A stretch of DNA of 64,000 nt from Synechococcus sp. (GTDB taxonomy: Bacteria > Cyanobacteriota > Cyanobacteriia > PCC-6307 > Cyanobiaceae): assembly GCA_047284725.1 (NCBI GenBank), contig JBJBEO010000001.1:1592203-1656202 (forward strand). Reading direction: 5' to 3'. Below are positions 9,487 to 19,957 of this stretch, piece after piece. The notes under the pieces were generated by a model. It worked only from the letters and a program-made list of their open reading frames with translations, was not told where the DNA came from and searched no databases. The number at the start of each line of letters is the position of its first letter. The first letter of the stretch is position 1. The position numbers and the translations under genes were made by a program.

Positions 9487-12102
9487 ATGCAACCAACGGC
9501 AGAGCTCTTCACGGAAAAGGCATGGGCGGCTGTGGTCTCTGCCCAGCAACTGGCCCAGAACCAACGGCACCAGCAGATCGAAAGCGAGCACCTGCTCCTG
9601 GCCCTGCTGCAACAAAACGAATTGGCCAGCCGGATTCTCGACAAAGCCGGTGTCTCACCGCCCGGCCTTGAAACCAGTGTGGAGAGGCATCTCCAGCAGT
9701 TGCCAGCCCTGCAGAGTCGTCCTGACTCCGTTTATCTGGGCAAGGGCCTAAGCGACCTGCTGGATCGGGCCGAGACGCTCAAACAGGACTACGGCGACAG
9801 CTATATCTCGATCGAGCACCTGCTCCTGGCCCTGGCCGATGACTCCCGCTGCGGAAGACAACTGCTGAGCCAGGCCGGAGCTGATGCAACATCACTGAAA
9901 ACCGCTATCGATGCCGTGCGCGGCAGCCAGACCGTGACCGATCAGAATCCCGAAGGAACCTACGAATCCCTTGAGAAATACGGTCGCGATCTCACGGCAG
10001 CAGCCCGAGAAGGCAAGCTTGATCCGGTGATCGGAAGAGACGAGGAGATCCGCCGCACCATTCAAATCCTCAGCCGCCGCACCAAGAACAACCCGGTGCT
10101 GATCGGTGAACCCGGCGTGGGCAAGACGGCCATCGTGGAAGGACTGGCTCAGCGCATCGTCAACGGCGATGTCCCCCAGGCCCTGCAGAACCGTCGACTG
10201 ATTGCTCTTGACCTGGGAGCTCTGATTGCGGGCGCCAAATACCGCGGTGAATTCGAGGAACGGCTCAAGGCCGTGCTGAAGGAGGTGACCTCGTCAGATG
10301 GAGGCATCGTGCTCTTCATCGACGAAATTCACACCGTGGTGGGTGCCGGAGCAACCGGCGGCGCCATGGATGCCAGCAACCTGCTCAAACCAATGCTGGC
10401 CCGGGGCGAACTGCGGTGCATCGGTGCCACCACCCTCGATGAACATCGCCAGCACATCGAGAAGGATCCAGCCCTCGAGCGCCGTTTCCAACAGGTGCTG
10501 GTCGACCAACCCACCGTGGAAGACACCATTTCCATCCTGCGCGGACTGAAAGAGCGCTACGAAGTGCATCACAGCGTGCGCATCGCCGATAGCGCGCTTG
10601 TCGCCGCAGCCGTGCTCAGCAGCCGTTACATCGCCGATCGCTTTTTACCGGACAAAGCCATCGACCTGGTGGATGAGTCGGCTGCGCGCCTAAAGATGGA
10701 AATCACCTCCAAACCGGAGGAAATTGATGAGATCGACCGCAAGATTCTGCAGCTGGAGATGGAGAAACTCTCCCTCGGTCGGGAGTCGGATGCGGCAAGC
10801 CAGGAACGGCTCGAGCGGCTGGAGCGGGAGCTGGCAGAACTCTCGGAACAACAAAGCACCCTCAATGCCCAATGGCAGCAGGAAAAAGGCGCGATCGACG
10901 AGCTGTCCAATCTCAAGGAGGAGATTGAGCGGGTGCAGCTGCAGGTGGAGCAGGCCAAGCGCAGCTACGACCTCAACAAGGCCGCAGAACTGGAATACGG
11001 CACCCTGGCCGGGTTGCAGCAGCAGCTTGCCAACCAGGAGGCCGCTCTCGCCAAGGCCGATGAGGGCAGCGGTGACAAATCCCTTCTGCGCGAAGAAGTC
11101 ACCGAAGACGACATCGCCGAGGTGATCGCCAAATGGACGGGCATTCCCGTGGCCAAGCTTGTGCAGTCGGAGATGGAAAAGCTGCTGGATCTGGAACACC
11201 AGCTGCATGAACGGGTGGTTGGCCAGGAGCAGGCCGTGACAGCCGTGGCGGATGCAATCCAGCGCTCCCGCGCCGGACTGAGTGATCCCAACAGACCGAT
11301 CGCCAGCTTCCTGTTCCTCGGCCCCACAGGTGTGGGCAAGACGGAACTCTCGAAAGCGTTGGCGTCACAACTGTTCGACAGCGAAGACGCCATGGTGCGA
11401 ATCGACATGTCGGAATACATGGAGAAGCACAGCGTCAGCCGCCTGATCGGTGCCCCTCCCGGTTACGTGGGCTACGAGGCCGGCGGCCAGCTCACGGAGG
11501 CGGTGCGACGCCGTCCTTACGCAGTGATCCTCTTCGATGAGGTGGAGAAGGCCCACCCCGACGTGTTCAACGTGATGCTTCAGATCCTCGATGACGGTCG
11601 CGTCACCGATGGTCAGGGCCGAACGGTTGACTTCACCAATGCAGTGCTGATCCTCACCAGCAATATCGGCAGCCAGTCGATTCTCGATCTGGGGGGTGAC
11701 GACGGGCAGCACACCGAAATGGAACGCCGGGTGAACGAAGCCCTGAGGAGCCACTTCCGTCCGGAGTTTCTCAACCGACTGGATGACCAGATCATCTTCC
11801 ACAGTCTTCGCAAGGAAGAACTGCGCAAAATCGTGAGCCTGCAGGTGGAACGCCTTCGCCAGCGCCTCACAGACCGCAAGCTGGGGCTGGCCATGAGCGA
11901 AGAAGCCACCGACTGGCTTGCCCATGCCGGCTACGACCCGGTGTATGGCGCCAGGCCGCTCAAGCGTGCCATCCAGCGCGAGCTCGAGACGCCCATCGCC
12001 AAGGCCATCCTGGCGGGTCGCTACTGCGAGGGAGGCAACGTCACCGTCGATGTCCAGAACAGTGCTGACCAAACGACTCAGCAACGGCTGGTCCTGCGCT
12101 GA
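9487..12102 (+). CDS. clpB: ATP-dependent chaperone ClpB
   Basis: Two AAA+ modules ([16 protein letters not shown]), coiled-coil M domain, GARPLKR. Confidence 0.98.
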   Translation: MQPTAELFTEKAWAAVVSAQQLAQNQRHQQIESEHLLLALLQQNELASRILDKAGVSPPGLETSVERHLQQLPALQSRPDSVYLGKGLSDLLDRAETLKQDYGDSYISIEHLLLALADDSRCGRQLLSQAGADATSLKTAIDAVRGSQTVTDQNPEGTYESLEKYGRDLTAAAREGKLDPVIGRDEEIRRTIQILSRRTKNNPVLIGEPGVGKTAIVEGLAQRIVNGDVPQALQNRRLIALDLGALIAGAKYRGEFEERLKAVLKEVTSSDGGIVLFIDEIHTVVGAGATGGAMDASNLLKPMLARGELRCIGATTLDEHRQHIEKDPALERRFQQVLVDQPTVEDTISILRGLKERYEVHHSVRIADSALVAAAVLSSRYIADRFLPDKAIDLVDESAARLKMEITSKPEEIDEIDRKILQLEMEKLSLGRESDAASQERLERLERELAELSEQQSTLNAQWQQEKGAIDELSNLKEEIERVQLQVEQAKRSYDLNKAAELEYGTLAGLQQQLANQEAALAKADEGSGDKSLLREEVTEDDIAEVIAKWTGIPVAKLVQSEMEKLLDLEHQLHERVVGQEQAVTAVADAIQRSRAGLSDPNRPIASFLFLGPTGVGKTELSKALASQLFDSEDAMVRIDMSEYMEKHSVSRLIGAPPGYVGYEAGGQLTEAVRRRPYAVILFDEVEKAHPDVFNVMLQILDDGRVTDGQGRTVDFTNAVLILTSNIGSQSILDLGGDDGQHTEMERRVNEALRSHFRPEFLNRLDDQIIFHSLRKEELRKIVSLQVERLRQRLTDRKLGLAMSEEATDWLAHAGYDPVYGARPLKRAIQRELETPIAKAILAGRYCEGGNVTVDVQNSADQTTQQRLVLR

Positions 12103-12585
12103 TCAGTCGGCACTGGAGCGAAACCAGCCAGGCAGTGCTTCATAGGTGGCAGCGTTGGCCCGGTTCTCCCGGGCCTCCACCTTCCAGCAACAGGTGCGCT
12201 CGCCATCCCGCTCCTTGAGGAGGGCATTGGTCCAGGTCCACACCAACTGGGCTGTGGCCTCCATGCCGACGTTCTCCATCACCCGCAGATCGAGGGCGCC
12301 CAGGTGATGAAGCTGCTGCCAATGCTCCATCAACGGATCATTGGCGTTCACCAGGAAGGTGTGGTCGAACTGTTTCCTCAGTTGCGCCTCCAGGGGCCTC
12401 AGGCTTGAGAAATCCACCACAAAACCGCAATCATCCAGAGCCGTGGCCGCGAACCAAACCGTGAAGCTGCGGCTGTAGCCGTGCACAAAGCTGCAGTGAC
12501 CCGGATGCTGCCACTGACGATGAGAACAGGGGTAGCCCTCGAACTGCTTACTGCAGGTGTAGGAGGAGGGAGGCAAGAATTGCAA
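12103..12585 (-). CDS. queD: 6-carboxytetrahydropterin synthase (QueD/PTPS family)
   Basis: SHRQ...HCSFVHGYS, VVDFS, FDHTFL and E-N motifs. Confidence 0.85.
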   Translation of the reverse strand: MQFLPPSSYTCSKQFEGYPCSHRQWQHPGHCSFVHGYSRSFTVWFAATALDDCGFVVDFSSLRPLEAQLRKQFDHTFLVNANDPLMEHWQQLHHLGALDLRVMENVGMEATAQLVWTWTNALLKERDGERTCCWKVEARENRANAATYEALPGWFRSSAD

Positions 12586-12649
12586 CTGAGTAGGGTGGAC
12601 GGTACTGCGGGAGGATCAGAGACACGCGATCTGTGTGCCCCGAGGCCTG

Positions 12650-13318
12650 ATGCAGCCCCTGAGTCCCGACTTCATCAACCATCTCCGTTTTAACGACGCC
12701 GGACTGATTCCGGCCGTGGCTCAGGACTGGCTCGATGGCGCTGTGCTGATGCAGGCCTGGATGAATCGAGAAGCCCTGGAACGCACCCTGAGCAGTGGCG
12801 AAGTTCACTACTGGAGTCGATCACGTCAGGAGCTTTGGCACAAGGGAGCCACAAGCGGGCACATCCAAATTCTCAAAGGCCTGCGCTACGACTGCGACGC
12901 CGATGTGCTGCTGCTGACCATCGAACAAACCGGCAATGTGGCCTGTCACACCGGCGCCCGCAGCTGCTTCTACGACGGGAGCGACCAACCCACCGCCGGT
13001 GGCGCAACAGCGCCTCCGCCTCCGGCGGACGTGTGCACGGAATTGTCACGGGTGATCGAAGGTCGCCGCGACCATCCCGAAGAGGGGAGCTACACCAACA
13101 AACTGCTGGAGGGAGGGGACAATCGCATTCTCAAGAAGATCGGAGAGGAAAGCGCCGAGTTCGTGATGGCCTGCAAAGACGCGAACGCCGACGAGATTGC
13201 AGGCGAAGCGGCTGACATCATCTTTCACCTGCAGGTCGCCCTGGCCCACCATGGCGTGAGCTGGCGGCAGGTGCAGGTAGTCCTAGCCCAACGACGCGGA
13301 GCTCCCCGGCGCCACTGA
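12650..13318 (+). CDS. hisIE: Bifunctional phosphoribosyl-AMP cyclohydrolase / phosphoribosyl-ATP pyrophosphatase
   Basis: [39 protein letters not shown]. Confidence 0.96.
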   Translation: MQPLSPDFINHLRFNDAGLIPAVAQDWLDGAVLMQAWMNREALERTLSSGEVHYWSRSRQELWHKGATSGHIQILKGLRYDCDADVLLLTIEQTGNVACHTGARSCFYDGSDQPTAGGATAPPPPADVCTELSRVIEGRRDHPEEGSYTNKLLEGGDNRILKKIGEESAEFVMACKDANADEIAGEAADIIFHLQVALAHHGVSWRQVQVVLAQRRGAPRRH

Positions 13319-13421
13319 CAGCTGGACTCCAAGACGAAGCAGAGCCGACATCGCCACCGGTGTCAGAACTGCAGCAAAGCCAGTCGATCGTGTCTCAACC
13401 GAAGCGAAACAGTCCCAAGCC

Positions 13422-14105
13422 TCACCTGTCAGGAGGCAGCTCGGGTGGAGCCCCCCCGAACCGGGTCGGCTGCTGCCGCAGCCACTCCAGGGTCAGGCGA
13501 TCCCGTTGGCTCAGCGCCAGCACCGGCTCCCTGTCCTGAAACACAGCCATGACGTCTGCGGCCTCATCGCTGTGGCCCCACAGTCCAAAGGCATGGCCAA
13601 GCTCATGAAGGGCTGTGGCCTCCAACACCGCGGCTCGCAATTCCGGAGACACCAACACGGTGACTCGTGGCTCCAGGCGCCATGCCTGCTGGCGCTGAAC
13701 AGACAGCACCTCCAACAGACTGCGACCGTTGCTGGCTCGCCAACCCAGGCTCAACTGCCGGCGAGGCGGACGCCGCCGCTCGATCAGCACCTGTGCCCTC
13801 TTGGGATCGCGGACGCGAACGATGGGCAGAACCTGCTCCCAGGTCGCCAGGGCAGAATCAACAGCATTGAACCACCGGCGCTGCCAGCGGTCAGGGCTGG
13901 CCTGCACCACCGGCTCAACCCACACACACCACAAGGGAAGAACTGGGGGCCCTAACGCCGACGTCGCCAGTCGCTGGCTGTATCCCACAGGGTCCAGACC
14001 TGGAGTTTCAGCAGCCTTTGCCTGATCAGCACCTGATGTCAGTCTCGCCAGCTTGACGCTGACGGCACGAACATCCTGCTGAGGCGGACAGGGATCCGGG
14101 GTCAT
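13422..14105 (-). CDS. Matrixin-like zinc metallopeptidase
   Basis: HELGHAFGLWGHS zinc motif with downstream Met-turn (DVM). Confidence 0.85.
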   Translation of the reverse strand: MTPDPCPPQQDVRAVSVKLARLTSGADQAKAAETPGLDPVGYSQRLATSALGPPVLPLWCVWVEPVVQASPDRWQRRWFNAVDSALATWEQVLPIVRVRDPKRAQVLIERRRPPRRQLSLGWRASNGRSLLEVLSVQRQQAWRLEPRVTVLVSPELRAAVLEATALHELGHAFGLWGHSDEAADVMAVFQDREPVLALSQRDRLTLEWLRQQPTRFGGAPPELPPDR

Positions 14106-14130
14106 CGGTCCACAGCAATCAGCAACGGAC

Positions 14131-14622
14131 TCAAGCGGCAGGGAGGCCGACGCCGCGGGCCATCAATGTCGCCATCAAGGGAATCAGGGCAAAGCCCACC
14201 AACTCGATGTTGATGATCCAACCGAGCCTGGATGCCAACGCTTCCGACACCTTTGGAAGCTCACCCTTGCGAAGGGGAATCGCCCAGAGCACGTAGGTAA
14301 TGGTGGGGTACAGCGACAGACCACCGACCGAGAGATAGAGGCCGACTTTCCACCAGAACAATGGATTGGTCGTGTAGAACTCGCTGCCCTGGCCGAAATA
14401 AAGAACACGCAGGATGCCACTGACGAGAAGTGCCAGGGCCGCCATGCCGTAAATCACATCCGTCACCACCATCACGGTGGCCGTGCGGCGATCGGGATCG
14501 GGACGGATCAAGCGCCGCTCCACCACCAACGCAGCGAAACAGAGCATGAAGCTGAGGTAGTGGACATAGGCCACCCCTGCGCTTTTGGCGAGATCGGGGG
14601 TCAGCACCGTGGCCAGGGTCAT
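14131..14622 (-). CDS. DUF2214-type membrane protein
   Basis: YVHYLS...E, D..YG..A...SG..R...GQG..FY..NPLFWWK and LMATLMARG pattern; ATG at 14622. Confidence 0.8.
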   Translation of the reverse strand: MTLATVLTPDLAKSAGVAYVHYLSFMLCFAALVVERRLIRPDPDRRTATVMVVTDVIYGMAALALLVSGILRVLYFGQGSEFYTTNPLFWWKVGLYLSVGGLSLYPTITYVLWAIPLRKGELPKVSEALASRLGWIINIELVGFALIPLMATLMARGVGLPAA

Positions 14623-14866
14623 GGGACTTGCTGAGAATCCGTGAGAGTAGCGAGTGTGGTCAGCGGCTGACTGCGCCAAACAGAAACCAAGGTACAGATG
14701 GCGTTCGCAGGCAGCACCATCGGGCCTTGTCCCTCCAACAGACGCGCCCTTTGAACAATCAAAAAACAACGTGAATAACGTACAAATCATAAATTCCGCA
14801 GTCTTTCTTACACCCCTGAATCGCAATCGTTTCCGCCCTAGGTTCCAAAAAGAAGAGGAGCGGAAA

Positions 14867-15799
14867 ATGGTGAGTTCACTGAGCGCCTTCCTGGGCGAAA
14901 TTGGTCGACATCAGCTGCTGACTCCTGAACAGGAGTTAACCATGGGCCGCAAAGTTCAGGCCATGGTTTCCATCACAGAACGTTGTCTACAGGCCGGCGG
15001 AACCGGGCCAGCCTGTGATTTCAGTGATGAAGAAAAACGCACAATTAAAAAGGGAGAAAAGGCTAAGAACCAGATGATCACGGCGAATCTGCGCTTGGTG
15101 GTGAATCTGGCCAAGCGCTATCAAGGCAAAGGGTTGGACCTTCTGGATCTGATCCAAGAAGGCACTCTCGGCCTCACCCGGGCCGTCGAGAAGTACGATC
15201 CCACCCGTGGCCATCGTTTCTCCACCTATGCCTACTGGTGGATCCGACAGGGACTGAACCGGGCTCTCTCAACCCAGAGTCGCACCATTCGCATTCCTGT
15301 GAATGTGAATGAAAAACTCACCAAGCTTCGTGCTGCGAAGGCTCGTCTGATGCAACGCAACGGCCAAGCCGCCACGCCGGATCAACTGGCAGCTGCGATG
15401 CACCTCTCCAGGGAAGAGGTGGACGATCTGCTCGGGTGCGAGCTGCGGAGTGTCACCGTGAGCCTGCAGGGCATTGTCAAATCGAAATCAGACCCCTCGG
15501 AGCTGGTGGACGTGCTGCCCAGTGATGAGTTGCCACCGATGGAGCGGGCCGAAATCGCCGAACGCACCGATTCCGCCTGGAAGCTGCTCGACAAGTCCAA
15601 CCTCACCCCCAAGGAACGGACGGTGGTGATGCTTCGCTTCGGCCTCGATGGCTCCAATGAATGGCGCACGCTGGCTGAAGTGGCACGCCACATGGGATGC
15701 AGCCGGGAATACTGCCGCCAGGTAGTGCAGAGAGCCCTGCGCAAACTTCGCAAGACCGGCATTCAGAACGGATTGGTCGAAGCCCGCGCTGAAGCCTGA
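14867..15799 (+). CDS. Group-2 sigma70 factor (RpoD/SigA family)
   Basis: ANLRLVVNLAKRY, DLIQEG, FSTYAYWWIRQ and a region-4 HTH; GAGGAG Shine-Dalgarno before ATG 14867. Confidence 0.95.
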   Translation: MVSSLSAFLGEIGRHQLLTPEQELTMGRKVQAMVSITERCLQAGGTGPACDFSDEEKRTIKKGEKAKNQMITANLRLVVNLAKRYQGKGLDLLDLIQEGTLGLTRAVEKYDPTRGHRFSTYAYWWIRQGLNRALSTQSRTIRIPVNVNEKLTKLRAAKARLMQRNGQAATPDQLAAAMHLSREEVDDLLGCELRSVTVSLQGIVKSKSDPSELVDVLPSDELPPMERAEIAERTDSAWKLLDKSNLTPKERTVVMLRFGLDGSNEWRTLAEVARHMGCSREYCRQVVQRALRKLRKTGIQNGLVEARAEA

Positions 15800-15836
15800 T
15801 AGAAATCCAGATCAGTGGCCCATCGGAGACACCCCC

Positions 15837-16211
15837 ATGGCCGAGGCGTCCTCCTTTCACGAACCTGCCATTGATGCGGAGGTGATCGACAGCTCCGTCA
15901 TCGATGAGGGAAGCCTGCGGCGTCTCCTGCGCAAAGCAGGGAGGACGGTGGCCAGGCCCGCCCTCGAGGTGCTTGAACTGCTGCTCGATCCAGGCACTCC
16001 ACCCCAGGCGCGTCTCACTCTGCTGGCAGCCCTGACCTATCTGCTCATGCCCGCCGATCTGATTCCGGATTTTTTGCCGGTCGCCGGCTTCAGCGATGAC
16101 CTGGTCGCCCTGAGCGCGGTGATCGGATTGTGGCGACATCACCTCACAGACTCCATTCGCCTGCGGGCAAAGCGCAAACTGGATCGGTGGTTTCCCCCTG
16201 GTCGTCCCTGA
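15837..16211 (+). CDS. DUF1232/YkvA family protein
   Basis: ALTYLLMPADLIPDFLPVAGFSDD signature. Confidence 0.9.
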   Translation: MAEASSFHEPAIDAEVIDSSVIDEGSLRRLLRKAGRTVARPALEVLELLLDPGTPPQARLTLLAALTYLLMPADLIPDFLPVAGFSDDLVALSAVIGLWRHHLTDSIRLRAKRKLDRWFPPGRP

Positions 16212-16223
16212 CCGCTGTCGCCC

Positions 16224-16556
16224 ATGAGTCGCTGGAACACAGCCATGGAAGAGGAGCTTGTGGTCGTGCTCAAAGACTGGCTCAAACACCAGGGACGCAC
16301 CCAGGCAGACCTGCGGCGCAGTCTGCGGGCGACCTCGACACGGATGCCGGCACTGATGGAAGTGCTCGAACGCGAACATCGACTGGGTGGCTTGCCCAAG
16401 CTGGCCGCTCGCCTCTGCTCGATCGAATCCGACTGGGCGCGCCATCCGACGGCAGGAGACGAGGCAACCGAGCTGGGCTCCGACTCCAGTGACACGGATC
16501 CATTCGGACAACTGGATCTTCTTCTCCAGGAAATCCGCGACGATTCCGTCAGCTGA
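16224..16556 (+). CDS. Hypothetical protein, possible XRE-like HTH
   Basis: LKDWLKHQGRTQADLRRSL N-terminus; acidic tail DPFGQLDLLL. Confidence 0.65.
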   Translation: MSRWNTAMEEELVVVLKDWLKHQGRTQADLRRSLRATSTRMPALMEVLEREHRLGGLPKLAARLCSIESDWARHPTAGDEATELGSDSSDTDPFGQLDLLLQEIRDDSVS

Positions 16557-16566
16557 AGGGAAAGCG

Positions 16567-16848
16567 ATGCAAAGTGTGGGCAGTCGAGCGCAACCCATGT
16601 CTGTCAGTTCTGGCCTGTTCGCTTCCGCTGCTCTGTTTTTCAGCCTTCAGCTAGCCGCGACACCACCGGTCTTGGCTCAACGCGAAACCTGGTTGCTCGG
16701 CCCCGGCAGCAGTACCGGCCAGGAAAGCAAGGTGGTTCCCACCAACTGCGTCGAGGGAACCGACGGATCCATCACCTGCGATACCAAGATTGAAAACCCG
16801 TCAGGCGATACGCCAGCACGCCCCTCCTATCAGCCCTTCACCAACTGA
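16567..16848 (+). CDS. Small secreted hypothetical protein
   Basis: Signal-like segment, then CVEGTDGSITC Cys pair; start 16567 or 16597. Confidence 0.6.
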   Translation: MQSVGSRAQPMSVSSGLFASAALFFSLQLAATPPVLAQRETWLLGPGSSTGQESKVVPTNCVEGTDGSITCDTKIENPSGDTPARPSYQPFTN

Positions 16849-16856
16849 GTGAAACC

Positions 16857-17321
16857 GTGACACGAGCACAACGGTCGTGGCCGACCTTTCTCAAGGTCGT
16901 AGATTCAGCTGAACAGAAGGTCGCCAAGGTGCTCACCGTGATCACCGGTGTGGTGATCGTGGCCTCACTGGTGCAGCTGATTGTTCAGGTGGGACTCCGT
17001 CTGATCAGCCCAGAACCAGCCAACTGGCTGGGGGACGGCCTGATCAAGGTGCTTGGTGACCTGCTCACGGTCCTGATCGCCCTGGAGGTGCTGCAGAACG
17101 TCACCAGCTATCTGCGCCGTCACGTGGTGCAACTGGAGCTTGTTCTGGTCACCGCTCTCACCGCTGTGGCCAGAAAGGTGATTGTGCTGCCCGCTGGCGC
17201 TGAGAACAAACCGCAGTTGCTGATTGGCCTCGGCGTCGCCTCAGCAGCGTTGGCAGGGGCTTACTGGCTGGTGATGCGGGCAGGGGCGGGGCGCTCATCG
17301 TCTTCTGAGATCTCCCAATAG
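16857..17321 (+). CDS. PsiE-family membrane protein
   Basis: Four TM helices; LIALEVLQN and ALTAVARKVI motifs. Confidence 0.85.
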   Translation: MTRAQRSWPTFLKVVDSAEQKVAKVLTVITGVVIVASLVQLIVQVGLRLISPEPANWLGDGLIKVLGDLLTVLIALEVLQNVTSYLRRHVVQLELVLVTALTAVARKVIVLPAGAENKPQLLIGLGVASAALAGAYWLVMRAGAGRSSSSEISQ

Positions 17322-17869
17322 AGTGCCAGCCACAACGTGCCAGGTTCAGGATCAGTCCGTTCCACCCGATGCCGTCGGTGCGGTGGCAGGTACAGACCGT
17401 CTCCCACAGAGAGGTCGATGCCCTGATCGGGGGACTGCAGCGCCATCCGGGCACTTCCCCGCAACAAAGTGAGCCATTCATGCTCAGGCTGGTCGTACCA
17501 GAAGCCAGCTGGAGTCACAGCGGCACAGGAATGGATCAGATCGAGATGCCAGCCTGGTCCGTACTGGAGCTGACGCACCCGTTCTGTTCCTTCCGGCGGT
17601 GCGGGACTGCGCAGCAGAGGATCCATACCATCAGGGCCAGCCATCAACCCTCTGGACGCTGAACCCTGCCTTCGATCATCGGACGGCACACTGTCGCCCC
17701 AGCGACGGCCGATCTCGTAGCCCCAGGAGCGTGCCAATTGCACCACCTGGTTGTGATCCGAACAGGCGACCAGGGCATCACGGCGCAGGGGATCGGTCTC
17801 CAGCGATGCCACCAGGGCATTGAGCTGATGCACTTTGTGCAGAAAGCGCTGCAGATCGGCTTCAGCCAT
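17261..17869 (-). CDS. Nif11 domain / cupin domain fusion protein
   Basis: N-terminal MAEADLQRFL...VVQLARSWGY (Nif11-like); C-terminal WYDQPEHEW..LLRGSA...GD.L.LP.H.RHRV cupin. Confidence 0.85.
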   Translation of the reverse strand: MAEADLQRFLHKVHQLNALVASLETDPLRRDALVACSDHNQVVQLARSWGYEIGRRWGDSVPSDDRRQGSASRGLMAGPDGMDPLLRSPAPPEGTERVRQLQYGPGWHLDLIHSCAAVTPAGFWYDQPEHEWLTLLRGSARMALQSPDQGIDLSVGDGLYLPPHRRHRVERTDPEPGTLWLALYWEISEDDERPAPARITSQ

Positions 17870-18021
17870 CTCACCTCAGACCTGAGCCCATCATCCTGGC
17901 AATCCCTGCTCACTGAGTTGCACAGGACAGGTGCTCAGGCATCGGGGCAGACTGATCAAAAAACCGGTTGAATTGCATGGCCGCCGATCAACATCACCTG
18001 ACACCGAATCACACCCTCTGG

Positions 18022-18354
18022 ATGCGCGCCTCAGTGTTTGTTTGCATTGCCCTGTTGGCCCTGATCACAGGGGCGATGCCAGCACTGGCCTCCATCAATT
18101 CAGGCGCGCGGATCTTTCACCAGCACTGCAGCGGCTGCCACATGAATGGTGGCAACATCATCCGCCGCAGCCGCACCTTGAAACTGGCGGCGTTGCAACG
18201 TCACGGCGTGGAGGGGCCCGATGCCATTGCCGCCATCGCCCGTGGAGGGATCGGCCAAATGTCGGGCTATGGCGATGTCCTGGGAGACGGCGACGATGTC
18301 CTGGTCGCCGAATGGATTTGGCAGCAGGCTCAGAATGCCTGGACCCAAGGATGA
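18022..18354 (+). CDS. Cytochrome c6-like protein (c6B/c6C type)
   Basis: GARIFHQHCSGCHMNGGNIIRR..TLK, GIGQMSGY; Ile where c6 has a conserved Gln. Confidence 0.85.
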   Translation: MRASVFVCIALLALITGAMPALASINSGARIFHQHCSGCHMNGGNIIRRSRTLKLAALQRHGVEGPDAIAAIARGGIGQMSGYGDVLGDGDDVLVAEWIWQQAQNAWTQG

Positions 18355-18599
18355 ACCTCTAGGGCAGTCCAGATCTGCTCACGCCAATAGACATCCTCCT
18401 CAAGAAGCTCCCGGATCTCCTCGGCATCGACACCTTCAAAAACACCAAAAACATAGGCGCTGTCTTGGGTCGGGCCAAGGGTAATCAATCGACCTTGTTC
18501 TTGAAGAGACTTCAAACGAGCCAGGTGCTCGTCACGGAAAGGGGTGCGCTTTTCAAGGGCGTTGTCGCAGTATGTGCCCCAAAGAACAAAACGTGCCAT
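18330..18599 (-). CDS. YciI family protein
   Basis: R...RDEHLARL...GRLITLGP...EDVY motif. Confidence 0.85.
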   Translation of the reverse strand: MARFVLWGTYCDNALEKRTPFRDEHLARLKSLQEQGRLITLGPTQDSAYVFGVFEGVDAEEIRELLEEDVYWREQIWTALEVHPWVQAF

Positions 18600-18700
18600 C
18601 GACGCTGTCTTCTCCAATTCCGAATGATTCGAACCAAGAGAATGGCACAGAGGTGCATTCAAAGGCTATGTTCTGATTGTTGATCTTTTCTCACACAGTC

Positions 18701-19069
18701 ATGCTCACAGGCAGTGACCTGCTCACCAAGGTCAAAGAATTGGGCGACGTCAGCAAGTCCGATCTTGTTCGGTCCTGCGGTTATGTATCGGACAAGAAGG
18801 ATGGTGGCGAACGCCTCAACTTCACAGCCTTCTATGAAGCGTTATTAGAAGCCAAGGGCGTCAATCTTGGTGTCGGTGGTGCCGGCGTTGGTAAGGGTGG
18901 CCGCAAACTGTCCTACGTGGCCACCGTGCAGGGCAACGGCAATCTGCTCATCGGTAAGGCCTACACGGCCATGCTCGATCTCAAGCCCGGTGACGAGTTT
19001 GAGATCAAGCTTGGGCGCAAGCAGATTCGACTCGTCCCCGTTGGCGGCAGCGACGAAGACGAAGAGTGA
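18701..19069 (+). CDS. Cyanobacterial AbrB-like regulator (cyAbrB)
   Basis: LTGSDLL.KV...CGY...FYEALLEAKG and VQGNGNLLIGKAYT..L.L.PGDEFEIKLGRK. Confidence 0.92.
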   Translation: MLTGSDLLTKVKELGDVSKSDLVRSCGYVSDKKDGGERLNFTAFYEALLEAKGVNLGVGGAGVGKGGRKLSYVATVQGNGNLLIGKAYTAMLDLKPGDEFEIKLGRKQIRLVPVGGSDEDEE

Positions 19070-19084
19070 ATCAAGCCGGGTGAT

Positions 19085-19912
19085 TCACCCGGCAGCCTCT
19101 CTCAGCTGCCGGCAGAATTCACCCGCTAGGGCAGCAGCGGAGCAGGGCTCCGTTGCTGCGATTCGCTTCACCAAAGCACTGCCCACAATGGCGCCATCCG
19201 CGCCCCAGGATTTGACCTGTGAGACCTGTTCGGAGCCTGAAATTCCGAAGCCCACAGCCACAGGAATCGGGCAACAAGCTTTGAGATCCGCCACCAATGA
19301 CGACACACGCCCCTCAAGGCTGGTGCGCTCACCGGTGACGCCGGTAACGCTCACCAGGTAGGTGAAACCGCGGCTGGCCGAAGCAATTCTTCGCATGCGA
19401 TCAGCGGGAGTCGTGGGCGCCACCAGGAGCACCAGATCCAGGCCTTCGGCCTGGGCCAGGGGCGAGAGGCGTTCGGCTTCCTCCAAGGGGAGATCAGGAA
19501 TCACGAGCCCTGCTGCACCGGCGGCGGTGGCATCTGCAAAAAACTGCTCAGCCCCGCGATTCAACAGGGGATTGCTGTAAGTGAACAGAATGATCGGAAT
19601 GGTGAGCTGTCCCTTCAGGCCAGCCAACATGTCAAACACCCGATCCGGCGTAGTGCCTGCCGACAGAGCCCGATAGGCAGACGCCTGGATGACCGGGCCA
19701 TCGGCGAGGGGGTCGCTGTAGGGAATGCCGAGTTCCACCATGTCAGCCCCCTGAGCCTGAAGACTGAGAAGAACCTCTGCCGTGGTGCTGAGATCAGGAT
19801 CGCCAGCCATCAGAAAAGGCATCAAGGCCATTCGCCCTTGCTCCCGCAGGCTGGCAAAGCGTGCCGCAATGGGTGACAGGGAGTCTGTTGCGGTCACTGC
19901 AGGGATGGTCAT
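19085..19912 (-). CDS. trpA: Tryptophan synthase alpha chain
   Basis: [35 protein letters not shown]. Confidence 0.97.
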   Translation of the reverse strand: MTIPAVTATDSLSPIAARFASLREQGRMALMPFLMAGDPDLSTTAEVLLSLQAQGADMVELGIPYSDPLADGPVIQASAYRALSAGTTPDRVFDMLAGLKGQLTIPIILFTYSNPLLNRGAEQFFADATAAGAAGLVIPDLPLEEAERLSPLAQAEGLDLVLLVAPTTPADRMRRIASASRGFTYLVSVTGVTGERTSLEGRVSSLVADLKACCPIPVAVGFGISGSEQVSQVKSWGADGAIVGSALVKRIAATEPCSAAALAGEFCRQLREAAG

Positions 19913-19957
19913 GGGGCCAAGGATGCTGATTCAGTGCAGCAGAAGCACTGCGGGAGC

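Noticed and set aside
13319..13421. Possible sRNA between hisIE and the matrixin gene
   Set aside because: Only a short GACATCG/CGGTGTC hairpin; no recognisable RNA family, and it could simply be a terminator between convergent genes.
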